Of a stretch of 54,967 nucleotides of DNA, positions 29,279 through 38,718 are shown piece by piece. A program made the translations under genes and the position numbers. Position 1 is the stretch's first letter; each line of letters begins with the position of its first letter. Below the pieces are notes generated by a model, which worked only from the letters and a program-made list of their open reading frames with translations, was not told the DNA's origin and did not search any database. Origin of the DNA: a virus. Lineage: Duplodnaviria > Caudoviricetes. Location: IMG/VR virus record IMGVR_UViG_3300033146_003625, positions 1 through 54,967 of that record; one strand, 5' to 3'.

Positions 29279-29464
29279 TTACTGTATATTTTCATACGAT
29301 GGACTCCAATTCATACATGTATTTTCAGGTGACAACTCATCTGGATCATCACCATACAATGTATTAAAAAAACATCCTGTTTTACTATTCTTTAAAGGAC
29401 CAGGGGAATATCTACAATTATCACATGTTTTATTTAGAAGTAGATTTTTAGTAATCTCAATCAT
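29279..29464 (-). CDS. Small 4-Cys protein
   Basis: ITKNLLLNKTCDNCRY..C..TCMNW. Confidence 0.65.
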   Translation of the reverse strand: MIEITKNLLLNKTCDNCRYSPGPLKNSKTGCFFNTLYGDDPDELSPENTCMNWSPSYENIQ

Positions 29465-30540
29465 AAAAGAAGTTCTTTATCTTCATCTTCAGGCTTCCAT
29501 CCATTAAGATGAGCATCTTTAATTTCATTGAAAACATCTATAAAATCACTTTTAACTAACGTCTCATCATCTAAGAGAGATTTGATATTAGATTCAAAAA
29601 GTTCATTCTCTTCAACATTATCAAAATAATTAGAAGCTAAATCATCTAAAGAACCAGTAGAAAGATCTTCAATAACATTCAACTCACCATTTAACTCTTC
29701 CTTTTCAAAAATAAAATCTACAGTTTGGGCTCCAGCTTCAATTAACTTTTCTTTTATCTTATTTAAATCAGCATTATCTTTATGAGTTTTAATTCTTACA
29801 AAATTACCAATAATATCTTTTTTATCAAAATTACTTATATCAATTTCTTTGAATTGTGGTGCTTCTTCATAAGCTTGAAAATTCCAATCCAAATCATCTG
29901 TATCAAGAATTATGAAACCTTTAGCATCAAATCTTTCAGAATAACGAGTTTGATACGGAGAGCCAACATAACATATATTACCAATTGATTGGTGTTTATG
30001 AAAGTGACCAGAAAATACTTGGTCAAAATCAATAAAATCTGCTGTTTCAAAGCCTTCTCTACAAACTATACCATCCATAGAAAAATTAAGTATATCAAGA
30101 TGACCGAAAAGAACATTTTTACCATCATCTCGTATTTCGAAAGTGGGTAGTTCATTAGTATAAGATAAAAAATGAAGACGAACATCACCATCATCAAACC
30201 ACTCATAATCTGTTATTACTTTACCAAATTGTGAAAACGAATGTATGATTGAAAAATCTGTCGAATTAAGAAGAGGCATATCATGATTACCAATTATAAA
30301 ATGAAAATCAATACCCAATTTCTTCATATATTGTAATACTTCTACAGAACGAATATAAGACGGTACATATATTTTACTTTTAACATGGAACCAATCACCT
30401 AAGAAAACAACTTTTTTAATTCCTTCTTCTTTGCAAAAATTAGCAAAATCATATAAAAATTTAATAGCTGTATCCTCGAAGATAGTTCTAGACAAATGCT
30501 TATAGACATGTAAATCTGATATAAGGGCTAATTTAGACAT
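29461..30540 (-). CDS. Mre11/SbcD-like nuclease (T4 gp47-like)
   Basis: SDLH, LGDWFH, GNHD, GHFH, YVGSPYQ. Confidence 0.92.
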   Translation of the reverse strand: MSKLALISDLHVYKHLSRTIFEDTAIKFLYDFANFCKEEGIKKVVFLGDWFHVKSKIYVPSYIRSVEVLQYMKKLGIDFHFIIGNHDMPLLNSTDFSIIHSFSQFGKVITDYEWFDDGDVRLHFLSYTNELPTFEIRDDGKNVLFGHLDILNFSMDGIVCREGFETADFIDFDQVFSGHFHKHQSIGNICYVGSPYQTRYSERFDAKGFIILDTDDLDWNFQAYEEAPQFKEIDISNFDKKDIIGNFVRIKTHKDNADLNKIKEKLIEAGAQTVDFIFEKEELNGELNVIEDLSTGSLDDLASNYFDNVEENELFESNIKSLLDDETLVKSDFIDVFNEIKDAHLNGWKPEDEDKELLL

Positions 30541-30577
30541 GTTACCTCTGAAATTATTTTTTAAATATTATTTAACA

Positions 30578-32008
30578 TTAAATATGCTTTTGTTTAATAA
30601 ATTTATAGTCACCACAATCATATATTCTACTCCATCCAGCTTCTTCCATTATTTGCTTTCTTGTTTTTCCTGGAGAATAATTATCAAACTCAATAAGTTC
30701 TTTTTTTCTAAATTTATAATGGTGATGACGTTGTTTTTGACCGTTTTTCCAATAATAATGATTAGGACTAGTTTGACTTATAAGTTCAAAACCTAATTGT
30801 ATATATAAATCACCTTGACTCCACCGTCTATCTACAAATGATTTTATTGTTAAAGGACTCCAATTCTTTTCAAAGTAAGTAAGTATTTTAGAAGCTAATT
30901 CAGATATATAAATATCTGGTATGGTTGCAAATCTAGATAATTTAAAATTTTTTTTATCTATATTACTAAAAGTCATAACACCAACTAATTCATCATTGTA
31001 AAAAGCGCCTAATTTAATACTAGCAGAATCTTTACCTTGTATATGATATTTTTCAAGAAAAGTATTTTTAGTCTTAGAATTAATTTCTTTTATAAGAATT
31101 TGCTTGATTTTCATTTTCTTATAATTTAAACCCAACCTTATTTTAATTATATTCTCAACTATTTTCTGTTTATTAACCCACTCATCTTCAAATATATGAA
31201 GAAGTTGTATTCCGTTCTCTTTACACTTCAACGTTTTATTAAGATGATAATTTTTCTCTTTAAATTTATCAGAATGCCAGTAAAGACCATCAAACTCTAT
31301 AGCAATATTATGAGAGGGAATATAAATGTCTAATTCTAAAGGTTTAATCAATTTTCTATCATTTTCTATAATATTGATGTTAAGGCTTTTTAACCAATTG
31401 ATAATTTCTCTCTCAGGTTTAGATTTATTTTTAGGAGTACAAGCAGGACATAAAATTTCTTTACCATCTACTATATTTGATAAAAACTCTAAATTACATT
31501 TATTACACTTCCATAAATACTGTTCATATACACCTGTATATTTTTTTTTATCAAACATAGGTTTAACGTCTTTAAATCTTTTTAATTTTAAAATTTTATT
31601 TTTATAATATGAATAATTTTTTAAATTATTTAATTCTTGCATACTATTTATGCCATATTTTATATGACAAGTTTTTAATCTTTTTGTCTCTTTAGTTAAT
31701 TTTATTTTTTCATTTTTAGAAGGATTATCAACACCATATTTTTGTAAATTAGTTTGCTTTATTTTAGCTTTTATTAAGTTTGAAGCAAAAACATTTTCTG
31801 ATCCATATTTTTTTAAATTAGTTTGTTTTCTTTTACATACCGAACATATATTAGCTGTATAATTATAAGGTTTTATAGTTGTGACTTTTCCACACATATT
31901 ACATAAAAATTGTAATATATGTTTATTACTCAAATTTTCATTAGTATATGTTATCCACTCTATACTACCGATTTCTTTATATTTAAAGTTACCAGATGAA
32001 ATAATCAT
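30578..32008 (-). CDS. Hef-like homing-type endonuclease (KYG repeats, Vsr-like core, conserved C-terminal domain)
   Basis: QTNLxKYG repeats; ELDIYIP..AIEFDGLYWH; HIQG..RF..DRRWSQG..RIYDCG. Confidence 0.8.
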   Translation of the reverse strand: MIISSGNFKYKEIGSIEWITYTNENLSNKHILQFLCNMCGKVTTIKPYNYTANICSVCKRKQTNLKKYGSENVFASNLIKAKIKQTNLQKYGVDNPSKNEKIKLTKETKRLKTCHIKYGINSMQELNNLKNYSYYKNKILKLKRFKDVKPMFDKKKYTGVYEQYLWKCNKCNLEFLSNIVDGKEILCPACTPKNKSKPEREIINWLKSLNINIIENDRKLIKPLELDIYIPSHNIAIEFDGLYWHSDKFKEKNYHLNKTLKCKENGIQLLHIFEDEWVNKQKIVENIIKIRLGLNYKKMKIKQILIKEINSKTKNTFLEKYHIQGKDSASIKLGAFYNDELVGVMTFSNIDKKNFKLSRFATIPDIYISELASKILTYFEKNWSPLTIKSFVDRRWSQGDLYIQLGFELISQTSPNHYYWKNGQKQRHHHYKFRKKELIEFDNYSPGKTRKQIMEEAGWSRIYDCGDYKFIKQKHI

Positions 32009-33558
32009 TCTATGTCATATTTTTTAGCAAATTTATAATTACCACAATCATATATTCTACCCCATCCGGCTTCGTTCATTATTTCTTTCTCAGTCTTTTC
32101 TGGTGTATAATTATCAAACTTGGTAAGTTCTGATTTTCTAAACTTATATCTGTGCCATCGTTTTTGGTTATCCTTAAAGTAATAATAATTAGGATTAGTT
32201 TGACTTGCAAGTTCAAAACCTAATTTTTTATATAAATTACCTTGGCTCCATCTTCTATCTGCAAATGATTCTATCAGCTTAGGGTTCCAGTTCCTTTCAA
32301 AATATTTAAGCATTTTAGAAGCTAATCCTGGTGTATATGTATCTGGTATAGTAACAAACCTACTAAGTTCCCAACTTCCATCTTTAGCTTTTTTGCTCAT
32401 AAATATTCTAGGTTTAGAAAAAGTCATAACACCAACTAATTCATCATTGTAAAAAGCGCCTAATTTAATACTAGCAGAATCTTTACCTTGTATATGATAA
32501 TTAGCGACAAATTCATTTTTAACTTTAGGGCTAATTTCTTTTATTATAGTTTTTCTGGCTCCAATTCTTTTAGAGTTTAAGCCTAAAAGATTTTTAAGCC
32601 TTGCTTTAACTATTTCTTGTCTATTAAGCCATTCATCTTCAAAAATATGTATAAGATGAATATCTTTCTTTTCACATTCCATAGTTTTGTCAATATGATA
32701 GTTTTTCTCTTTAAATTTATCAGAGTGCCAGTAAAGACCATCAAATTCAATAGCTACATTATAGTCAGGAATGTAAATATCTAGTTCCATAGGAGATATA
32801 GTTTTTCTATCATTTTCAATAATATTGATATTTAAAGATTTAATAAATGAAGCAATTTCTTCTTCAGGTTTAGATTTGTATATAGGGAAACAAGTGGGGC
32901 ATCTAGGTATATGACCATTATCTATGTTATCATTAAATTCTGTATCACATATTTTACATTTCCAACTGTACTTGTTACTGTAATTATCATTCATATATTC
33001 GTTCTCCATAAATGTAGCTTCGACTTTATTTTTATTTCTATTTTGTAAATTTTTATAAAATTTCTTTTTTTTTGTAATTATAACTTTAGTATTAACGTTT
33101 TTATTACTAAAAGTAGACTTATTACCATAACGTTTAATATTTGTGTTATGCTTTTTTTGTTTTACAATTTTTGATTGTGAAGAATACTCAACTCCATATT
33201 TTTTCAAATTAGTTTGTTTAGCCTTTTCTTTAAACTTTTTTAATTGATTTACATTTTCAACACCATATTTTTTCAAATTAGTTTGTTTAATTTTTTGTTG
33301 TTTTTGTAAAGAATTAGCAGCACATTTTGTACTGCAATAACTTTTAAAACCTTTAGTAAAAGATTCAAATGATACATTATTACCACAATAACATTGCGGT
33401 CTTTTAAAGAAATCATTTAATAATATATATATTTTTTCATTAATAGTGTTACCAGGAACATCTATTAGCATTTCATCTATTTCAACTTTATATTTTTTTA
33501 AAAGTGTCGGATGTATTTTAGAATTTCTAATACACAAAGCTTTAACTTTATTTTTCAC
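32005..33558 (-). CDS. Hef-like homing-type endonuclease (paralog)
   Basis: Same architecture as 30578..32008. Confidence 0.8.
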   Translation of the reverse strand: MKNKVKALCIRNSKIHPTLLKKYKVEIDEMLIDVPGNTINEKIYILLNDFFKRPQCYCGNNVSFESFTKGFKSYCSTKCAANSLQKQQKIKQTNLKKYGVENVNQLKKFKEKAKQTNLKKYGVEYSSQSKIVKQKKHNTNIKRYGNKSTFSNKNVNTKVIITKKKKFYKNLQNRNKNKVEATFMENEYMNDNYSNKYSWKCKICDTEFNDNIDNGHIPRCPTCFPIYKSKPEEEIASFIKSLNINIIENDRKTISPMELDIYIPDYNVAIEFDGLYWHSDKFKEKNYHIDKTMECEKKDIHLIHIFEDEWLNRQEIVKARLKNLLGLNSKRIGARKTIIKEISPKVKNEFVANYHIQGKDSASIKLGAFYNDELVGVMTFSKPRIFMSKKAKDGSWELSRFVTIPDTYTPGLASKMLKYFERNWNPKLIESFADRRWSQGNLYKKLGFELASQTNPNYYYFKDNQKRWHRYKFRKSELTKFDNYTPEKTEKEIMNEAGWGRIYDCGNYKFAKKYDIE

Positions 33559-33583
33559 GTATATAAATATGCTTACATTTAAA

Positions 33584-33614
33584 CAAAAAACTGAATCCTT
33601 TAGGATTCAGTTTT
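33584..33614 (-). terminator. Intrinsic terminator
   Basis: aaaactgaatcct-t-aggattcagtttt inverted repeat. Confidence 0.85.
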
Positions 33615-33649
33615 AATAGACGGAAATAGTCACGGTGGAACGATAAAAT

Positions 33650-33895
33650 TTATCGCCGTCTTCCAGAAGGCATTTTACTCTTCATTTTTTGATTCTCTGC
33701 TTCATTTGCTTTTTTCTCACTTTCAAGCTGATCTGCAAGCAAAGTATAAAGATAATTCCTTTCTGTTATTTCCAGTGATGATGCAAATTCTGGTGAAATA
33801 TGACCGAAATAAGCAAGTTGAAAAAGTTGTTTAGTAAAACCTTTCCTTTGCTCATCCATAATCGCAATATCTTCAGGATCATCACTCCGTGACAC
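33650..33895 (-). CDS. Small baseplate/tail-assembly protein, possibly a frameshift extension of the upstream gene
   Basis: QLFQLAYFGHIS....LEITER pattern; overlaps the end of the gp26-like gene. Confidence 0.65.
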   Translation of the reverse strand: MSRSDDPEDIAIMDEQRKGFTKQLFQLAYFGHISPEFASSLEITERNYLYTLLADQLESEKKANEAENQKMKSKMPSGRRR

Positions 33896-34763
33896 GAAAA
33901 AAGTCTTCCGTTATCGGAATACTTGTTGAAAATTCAAAACCTGTTTGTGGGTCTGTTACTTCAATATCCTCAACACCACAATCAATCTCATCTATAGCAT
34001 TTCTAAGTGCTGATGCATCTCTTGCTACAAGTGAATTAATAAAAGGGTCAAATTGTGTTTTTGGTATTTCTGTACCGTCTTTCGTTGTTACTTTAATCAA
34101 AATTGATGAGAGCCTTTTAACTATAGTATCATCCGTATCTTCCAACCCTTTAGGTTGATTTTGAAGTTTAATAATTTCTAATTCATCTTTACCTCTGGGG
34201 AGACGAAATTCAATATTATATCCTGATGGTGTAGTCATTTTAAAAGGTTCTGATATTTCAGGATTTTCAAATTCTTTAATAGGATGAGCATCAAGATTTA
34301 CTTCCCATTGGAATTTACCAGGATTAGCTGGGTCTTGAGACTGAAGCCAAAATTTATATACATTACCATAAGATACGGATCTTAACCAAAGCATAATATA
34401 TACTCTATCTGAAGAAAGTAATTCTCCTGGATCAATATCACTTTTTATACAATTTCTAAAAATCAAATCTAAAGCTTGACCACTTTTAACAAGACGTGTT
34501 GTTGTCAAAATTTTCTCTTCATGTACCGTCATAGGTCTTATTCTAAGACTTCCTCTCTCTATGACATCGGGGTCTTGCGTGATATTTTTATATAAATATC
34601 CGTGTGATGGAATTTCAACCAATTCCGCATCGGGTTCAAACATAAGATTAGAACCGCTTGTAGCTGTATTACTAAATGATTTGGTATTTAGCTTATTAGT
34701 TTTTGGGGCAGCATTAGCTGTTTGTGTAATACCTAATTCTTTTAATTTATCTGCATCAGACAT
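33882..34763 (-). CDS. T4 gp26-like baseplate hub/tail assembly protein
   Basis: EIPSHGYLY, IRPMTVHEEKIL, DRVYIMLWLRSVSYG, FRLPRGKDE, C-terminal DFFR. Confidence 0.75.
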   Translation of the reverse strand: MSDADKLKELGITQTANAAPKTNKLNTKSFSNTATSGSNLMFEPDAELVEIPSHGYLYKNITQDPDVIERGSLRIRPMTVHEEKILTTTRLVKSGQALDLIFRNCIKSDIDPGELLSSDRVYIMLWLRSVSYGNVYKFWLQSQDPANPGKFQWEVNLDAHPIKEFENPEISEPFKMTTPSGYNIEFRLPRGKDELEIIKLQNQPKGLEDTDDTIVKRLSSILIKVTTKDGTEIPKTQFDPFINSLVARDASALRNAIDEIDCGVEDIEVTDPQTGFEFSTSIPITEDFFRVTE

Positions 34764-34905
34764 TTTTTACTCCTTTGTAATTATCTATTAGTTTAGATAT
34801 TATATTACTTATTGTTTTTTCATCTTCTTCTAATTTTAGAAGATTTAATTGCTTCCATACATTCTTTTTAATTTTTATAGTCTTAAAGACTTGTTCATCT
34901 TTCAC
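34756..34905 (-). CDS. Ribbon-helix-helix (CopG-like) DNA-binding protein, 49 aa, not in the ORF track
   Basis: AAGGAG SD plus GTG; MKDEQVFKTIKIKKNVWKQLNLLKLEEDEKTISNIISKLIDNYKGVKNV. Confidence 0.7.
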   Translation of the reverse strand: MKDEQVFKTIKIKKNVWKQLNLLKLEEDEKTISNIISKLIDNYKGVKNV

Positions 34906-35815
34906 ATATTAACTCCTTTAATTTTAATTTTATGTCTTCATCATATCTTATTCTATATAATTTAATATTATTCTTTTTACAATATTCATTTTTTATATCA
35001 TCATTTATTATTTGTTTCTTATATTTTTCAATACCACCAAAAAATCTAATGGGTTTAAAATGTTGTTCTCCATCATACTCTATTAATATATTTTTATTAG
35101 GAAGATAAAAATCAAATGAAAGCAATTTTATGTTTTTACATCCAGCAAAAGTATATTGTGACAAAAATTTTATATTTTTATTATTTAAATATTTAGTTAT
35201 AATCTTTTCACCTTTAGATTCATTACATACCGGACAACCAATTTTCTGTAAATGACTACTTGGTATCTGTTCAAATATACCATGTTCTGGACATATTATT
35301 TTAATTTTAGTTTTATTATTTTTATAATCAACTAAAGAATAATCATATTTATTACTATGTACTTGCTTGGCTTTTTTTATAAATTCTTCTGTAGACGATG
35401 ACATTTTATTATTAGCGTTAATTCGTCCACAGTCAGGACACCCTCTATTTGTTACATGAGCTATCGGAGTTTGTTCAAATACTCCGTGCTCTGGACATAT
35501 TATTTTAACTTTAGTTCTATTATTCTTGTAACAAACAAGTTTGTAATCATATTTATTTCCATGTATTTTAGAAACTTTTTTTATAAATTGTTTTTTATTA
35601 GAAACATTTTTATTATTTGTAGTTATAATCGAACACTTCATACAATTTTGTCCTGCTAAATGATTACTGGGCAATTGTTCAAATATACCATGTTCAGAAC
35701 ATATTATTTTTATTTTAGTTTTACTATTTATATAATCAACTAAAGAATAATCATATTTATTGCCATGTTTTAATTCAGCTTTATATATAAATTCTTCAGT
35801 TGTTAATTTTTTCAT
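34895..35815 (-). CDS. Zn-ribbon-repeat homing-type endonuclease (3 repeats)
   Basis: Paralog of 827..1900. Confidence 0.85.
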   Translation of the reverse strand: MKKLTTEEFIYKAELKHGNKYDYSLVDYINSKTKIKIICSEHGIFEQLPSNHLAGQNCMKCSIITTNNKNVSNKKQFIKKVSKIHGNKYDYKLVCYKNNRTKVKIICPEHGVFEQTPIAHVTNRGCPDCGRINANNKMSSSTEEFIKKAKQVHSNKYDYSLVDYKNNKTKIKIICPEHGIFEQIPSSHLQKIGCPVCNESKGEKIITKYLNNKNIKFLSQYTFAGCKNIKLLSFDFYLPNKNILIEYDGEQHFKPIRFFGGIEKYKKQIINDDIKNEYCKKNNIKLYRIRYDEDIKLKLKELICER

Positions 35816-35861
35816 ACTATTATCTTTGTATATTTTTGTAATTTTTACACTTTTATTTTAA

Positions 35862-36269
35862 TTATTTGCCTTCAAATATATATTTAATTTGAATGTGGTT
35901 ATACATATCATAGTGGATGGTGTAATCATGCATCATAGCATTATATGCCTTCTGTTCTAAGGGTTTTAAGGAGGTAAGTTTCTCAATATTATAGTAGAAG
36001 TCCATACCTTCAAGCCATCTTCTACCATCAATTTCTGGGATTGAATTTCGCATTTTCTTTTTATAGGCTTTAGTATGGTAGCCAATAAATTTTTGTAAAT
36101 CAACACGGAGACCTTTTATCATACCAAAAGGTTGAACTAAATAATCAGGTGCAGATACTCTAGAGGAATCAAAATCTATCAATCCTCTAACAACACACAA
36201 CTCATAACCTTTCTTACCTTTAATTTTTAATATATCTCCAGCCTTCCATTTACATATTCTATTACTCAT
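35862..36269 (-). CDS. Hypothetical protein
   Basis: 135-aa ORF. Confidence 0.6.
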   Translation of the reverse strand: MSNRICKWKAGDILKIKGKKGYELCVVRGLIDFDSSRVSAPDYLVQPFGMIKGLRVDLQKFIGYHTKAYKKKMRNSIPEIDGRRWLEGMDFYYNIEKLTSLKPLEQKAYNAMMHDYTIHYDMYNHIQIKYIFEGK

Positions 36270-36657
36270 TATCTAATACCGGTTTCCAATTTGTTTTTTT
36301 ACCTATAGTAAACCAGTTTCCTTGTCCATCTTTTATCTTCATGTGATTTTTATCATCACCCTGATCCCATGCAACTATATCCCAGTCAGGAGGTACATAT
36401 ACATCTCCATTAAAGATTACTAATCCAAGACTAAACCCTTCAACATCTTTTTCTTGATATAACCAGCCACCAGCTATCTTTCCATTTATATATTCTGAAA
36501 AATTTTCGTATATCCCCATCTCTCCATTTTTATATATTACTACATCATATTGCCGGTTTTCTATATAAACATCAGAAATTAATATCATATTGGGCATATA
36601 TTTTGTATTAACATACTCAGAATTTTCAAAGACATACTCGATTAATTTTCTATTCAT
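36262..36657 (-). CDS. Hypothetical protein
   Basis: Likely start MNRKLIEYVF. Confidence 0.6.
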   Translation of the reverse strand: MNRKLIEYVFENSEYVNTKYMPNMILISDVYIENRQYDVVIYKNGEMGIYENFSEYINGKIAGGWLYQEKDVEGFSLGLVIFNGDVYVPPDWDIVAWDQGDDKNHMKIKDGQGNWFTIGKKTNWKPVLDNE

Positions 36658-37009
36658 CCTTCTTCTCTTCTTTAACTTTTTCTTTTTCTGCAGCCCATTC
36701 AACTTTTAACTCTTTCCAAAATTTCTTTTTATCTGAACCTGCCAATTTTTTAGGTGAAGAAACCCCATACTTTTCTAATTTAGTTTTGAAAAATGCTTGA
36801 TACTTTTCTAAGGCAGAAGGACCATCCATATACTTCTTAACACGGAATCCATATACAGCTCTCTTACCTTTATCTGTTACGATAACAGGTTGATTGTTTT
36901 TATCGAATTCGAAATCTTTAATTATACCCCTCTTATTTCTATACTTCCCTATCAATACTTCATCACCTAATTCAAGACCATATTCTTCGTTTACTTTATT
37001 AAATTTCAT
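36650..37009 (-). CDS. Probable virion/head-associated protein
   Basis: LGDEVLIGKYRNKR..NQPV and YQAFFK..LEKYGVSSP..KKKFW, patterns I recall from T4-like head regions. Confidence 0.55.
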   Translation of the reverse strand: MKFNKVNEEYGLELGDEVLIGKYRNKRGIIKDFEFDKNNQPVIVTDKGKRAVYGFRVKKYMDGPSALEKYQAFFKTKLEKYGVSSPKKLAGSDKKKFWKELKVEWAAEKEKVKEEKKDE

Positions 37010-37230
37010 TTTATACCTTCTTTAAATAAAGAGATTAGTGAATCTCGTTTTATTTCTATAGTTGTACCTTCTAATTCTTCAGGTATTGGATGTTTATTTC
37101 CTTCATTAAAAAACCACCATTTTTTTACTGAATCGTAATATATATGCCCTTTATTCATTCCAAGTATTATATGATCCCCAAGACCACGTGCAGCATAATA
37201 TACTTCTCCATCTTCTATATTAATTGTCAT
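37006..37230 (-). CDS. Hypothetical protein
   Basis: Coupled ORF. Confidence 0.6.
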   Translation of the reverse strand: MTINIEDGEVYYAARGLGDHIILGMNKGHIYYDSVKKWWFFNEGNKHPIPEELEGTTIEIKRDSLISLFKEGIK

Positions 37231-37508
37231 ATTTTTTCCTTAAATATACGAGAAAATACGGCTTTTTTAGCTTTGTCTTCTTTTTTTATTATATCTATAA
37301 TTTTATCAAACACTTTATTATTATTCCATCTTTCATAAAATAAAAACTCAAAATTAAATTGTTGTAAATTACCTTTTATCAAAATTATCCAAGGTCTGCC
37401 CATATCGCCTTTTATAGCAATAATACTTATTAATATATCTTCCCCTTCCATAAAAGAAAGCTGCCGAATCTTTCCACTTTTGAAGATAGAACCAACTACT
37501 CTTTTCAT
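37227..37508 (-). CDS. Hypothetical protein
   Basis: Coupled ORF. Confidence 0.6.
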   Translation of the reverse strand: MKRVVGSIFKSGKIRQLSFMEGEDILISIIAIKGDMGRPWIILIKGNLQQFNFEFLFYERWNNNKVFDKIIDIIKKEDKAKKAVFSRIFKEKI

Positions 37509-37678
37509 TTCTTTTTCTTCTTGGGTTGAAGTATTTCAAGAAGGCCACTTTTCAATGCAACGATTAACGTTTTAATTAAAAATAATAAACCACCACCAAA
37601 GACTACTAAAAAAATTATAGTCATCTGAAACCATTGGGGGAAGGTTGCTAAAAAATCTATAAGCGGCTGAAAATCCAT
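37505..37678 (-). CDS. Small membrane protein (57 aa, not in the ORF track)
   Basis: MDFQPLIDFLATFPQWFQMTIIFLVVFGGGLLFLIK...KKKKK; ATGA-coupled. Confidence 0.65.
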   Translation of the reverse strand: MDFQPLIDFLATFPQWFQMTIIFLVVFGGGLLFLIKTLIVALKSGLLEILQPKKKKK

Positions 37679-37679
37679 T

Positions 37680-37956
37680 TTATATTATTCCTAATAAAAA
37701 CATAACAATTTTGTAAAGCCAATAGAATGCGTTAATCCAACCGAAAAGAAAGAATATCCAAAATATGGGTTTTGTTCCAAAAGATTCTAATTTCTTTTTC
37801 CTTGCTTTAGCAGCGATAGCTTTCTCTTTAGCATCTAGTTTAGATTGTATAGTAGCAGCTCTTTTTTCTGCAGCCTCTTTATTTTTTTTTCTCTTTGGCT
37901 TCTTTATTGGCTTGTACCGTTGCAGCTCTTTTTTCTGCAGCCGTTAATTCTTTCAT
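37680..37956 (-). pseudogene. Tail-anchored membrane protein gene frameshifted at an A9 tract
   Basis: MKELTAAEKRAATVQANKEAKEKK / KEAAEKRAATIQ...FWIFFLFGWINAFYWLYKIVMFLLGII; A8 at 37882-37890 would restore the frame. Confidence 0.7.
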
Positions 37957-38204
37957 ACAAATAGCCCCCATATTATTTTTCTTTGTGCTTCTTCTAAAGT
38001 ATCAAATTCTCTAACACTTACACTCTCTTCATTAAATCCGGCGCCATCACTATATTCATATTCCCAATTATAATTGAAAATAATATCTTCATCTCTAAAG
38101 GAATACGTTGTTATTTCATCATTTCTATTATATTCATCTACTTCAGCTTTTGCTAATAATACTTCTAGACCGTAATACGTGGATAATCCAATTATATATT
38201 TCAT
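37953..38204 (-). CDS. Hypothetical protein
   Basis: AAGATAA 3 nt upstream. Confidence 0.65.
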   Translation of the reverse strand: MKYIIGLSTYYGLEVLLAKAEVDEYNRNDEITTYSFRDEDIIFNYNWEYEYSDGAGFNEESVSVREFDTLEEAQRKIIWGLFV

Positions 38205-38311
38205 ATATTATCTTATGGTTTTATCGCATCAATGTTACGTTTTAAAAAATAAAAATTTCAATGGTTTGTAAGCATAGTTATAAGTATATTTATAATAAAG
38301 GATGGTATGAT

Positions 38312-38467
38312 ATGTTTAAGATTTTTTTAAATGAAGCAAATAACAAAATTGACACAAAAGTTGTAATTGATGCGGAATCAGAAGATGAAGCTTTAAAAAT
38401 ATTTAAAGCTCAAGTCATTTATAAAAAAGGAATTTCTAAAACTAATTATTTAGCTGAAAAAATTTAG
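38312..38467 (+). CDS. Small hypothetical protein
   Basis: Likely start MFKIF; AAGCATA at 38270; V.AESEDEA pattern. Confidence 0.6.
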   Translation: MFKIFLNEANNKIDTKVVIDAESEDEALKIFKAQVIYKKGISKTNYLAEKI

Positions 38468-38718
38468 TGAGTTGTGAATAGGGTGTGTATAAATTCATAC
38501 ATAATGTCACGTTCATTTTCTGAATATGGAGACGTAAATGTTAGGGACATGGAATGACCTGTCCCGTCTCTATCAAAATAAACATCTTCAATTATTTCGC
38601 TAATTGATTTGATATATGGCTCACCTCTATCATCAGCTATTTCAACACTTGGCTCATCTGTGGGTAGGTAAATAGTTAAAAGTTTATACTCTGTAATAAA
38701 AGCTTTATATATAATCAT
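38464..38718 (-). CDS. Hypothetical protein
   Basis: Coupled ORF. Confidence 0.6.
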   Translation of the reverse strand: MIIYKAFITEYKLLTIYLPTDEPSVEIADDRGEPYIKSISEIIEDVYFDRDGTGHSMSLTFTSPYSENERDIMYEFIHTLFTTH

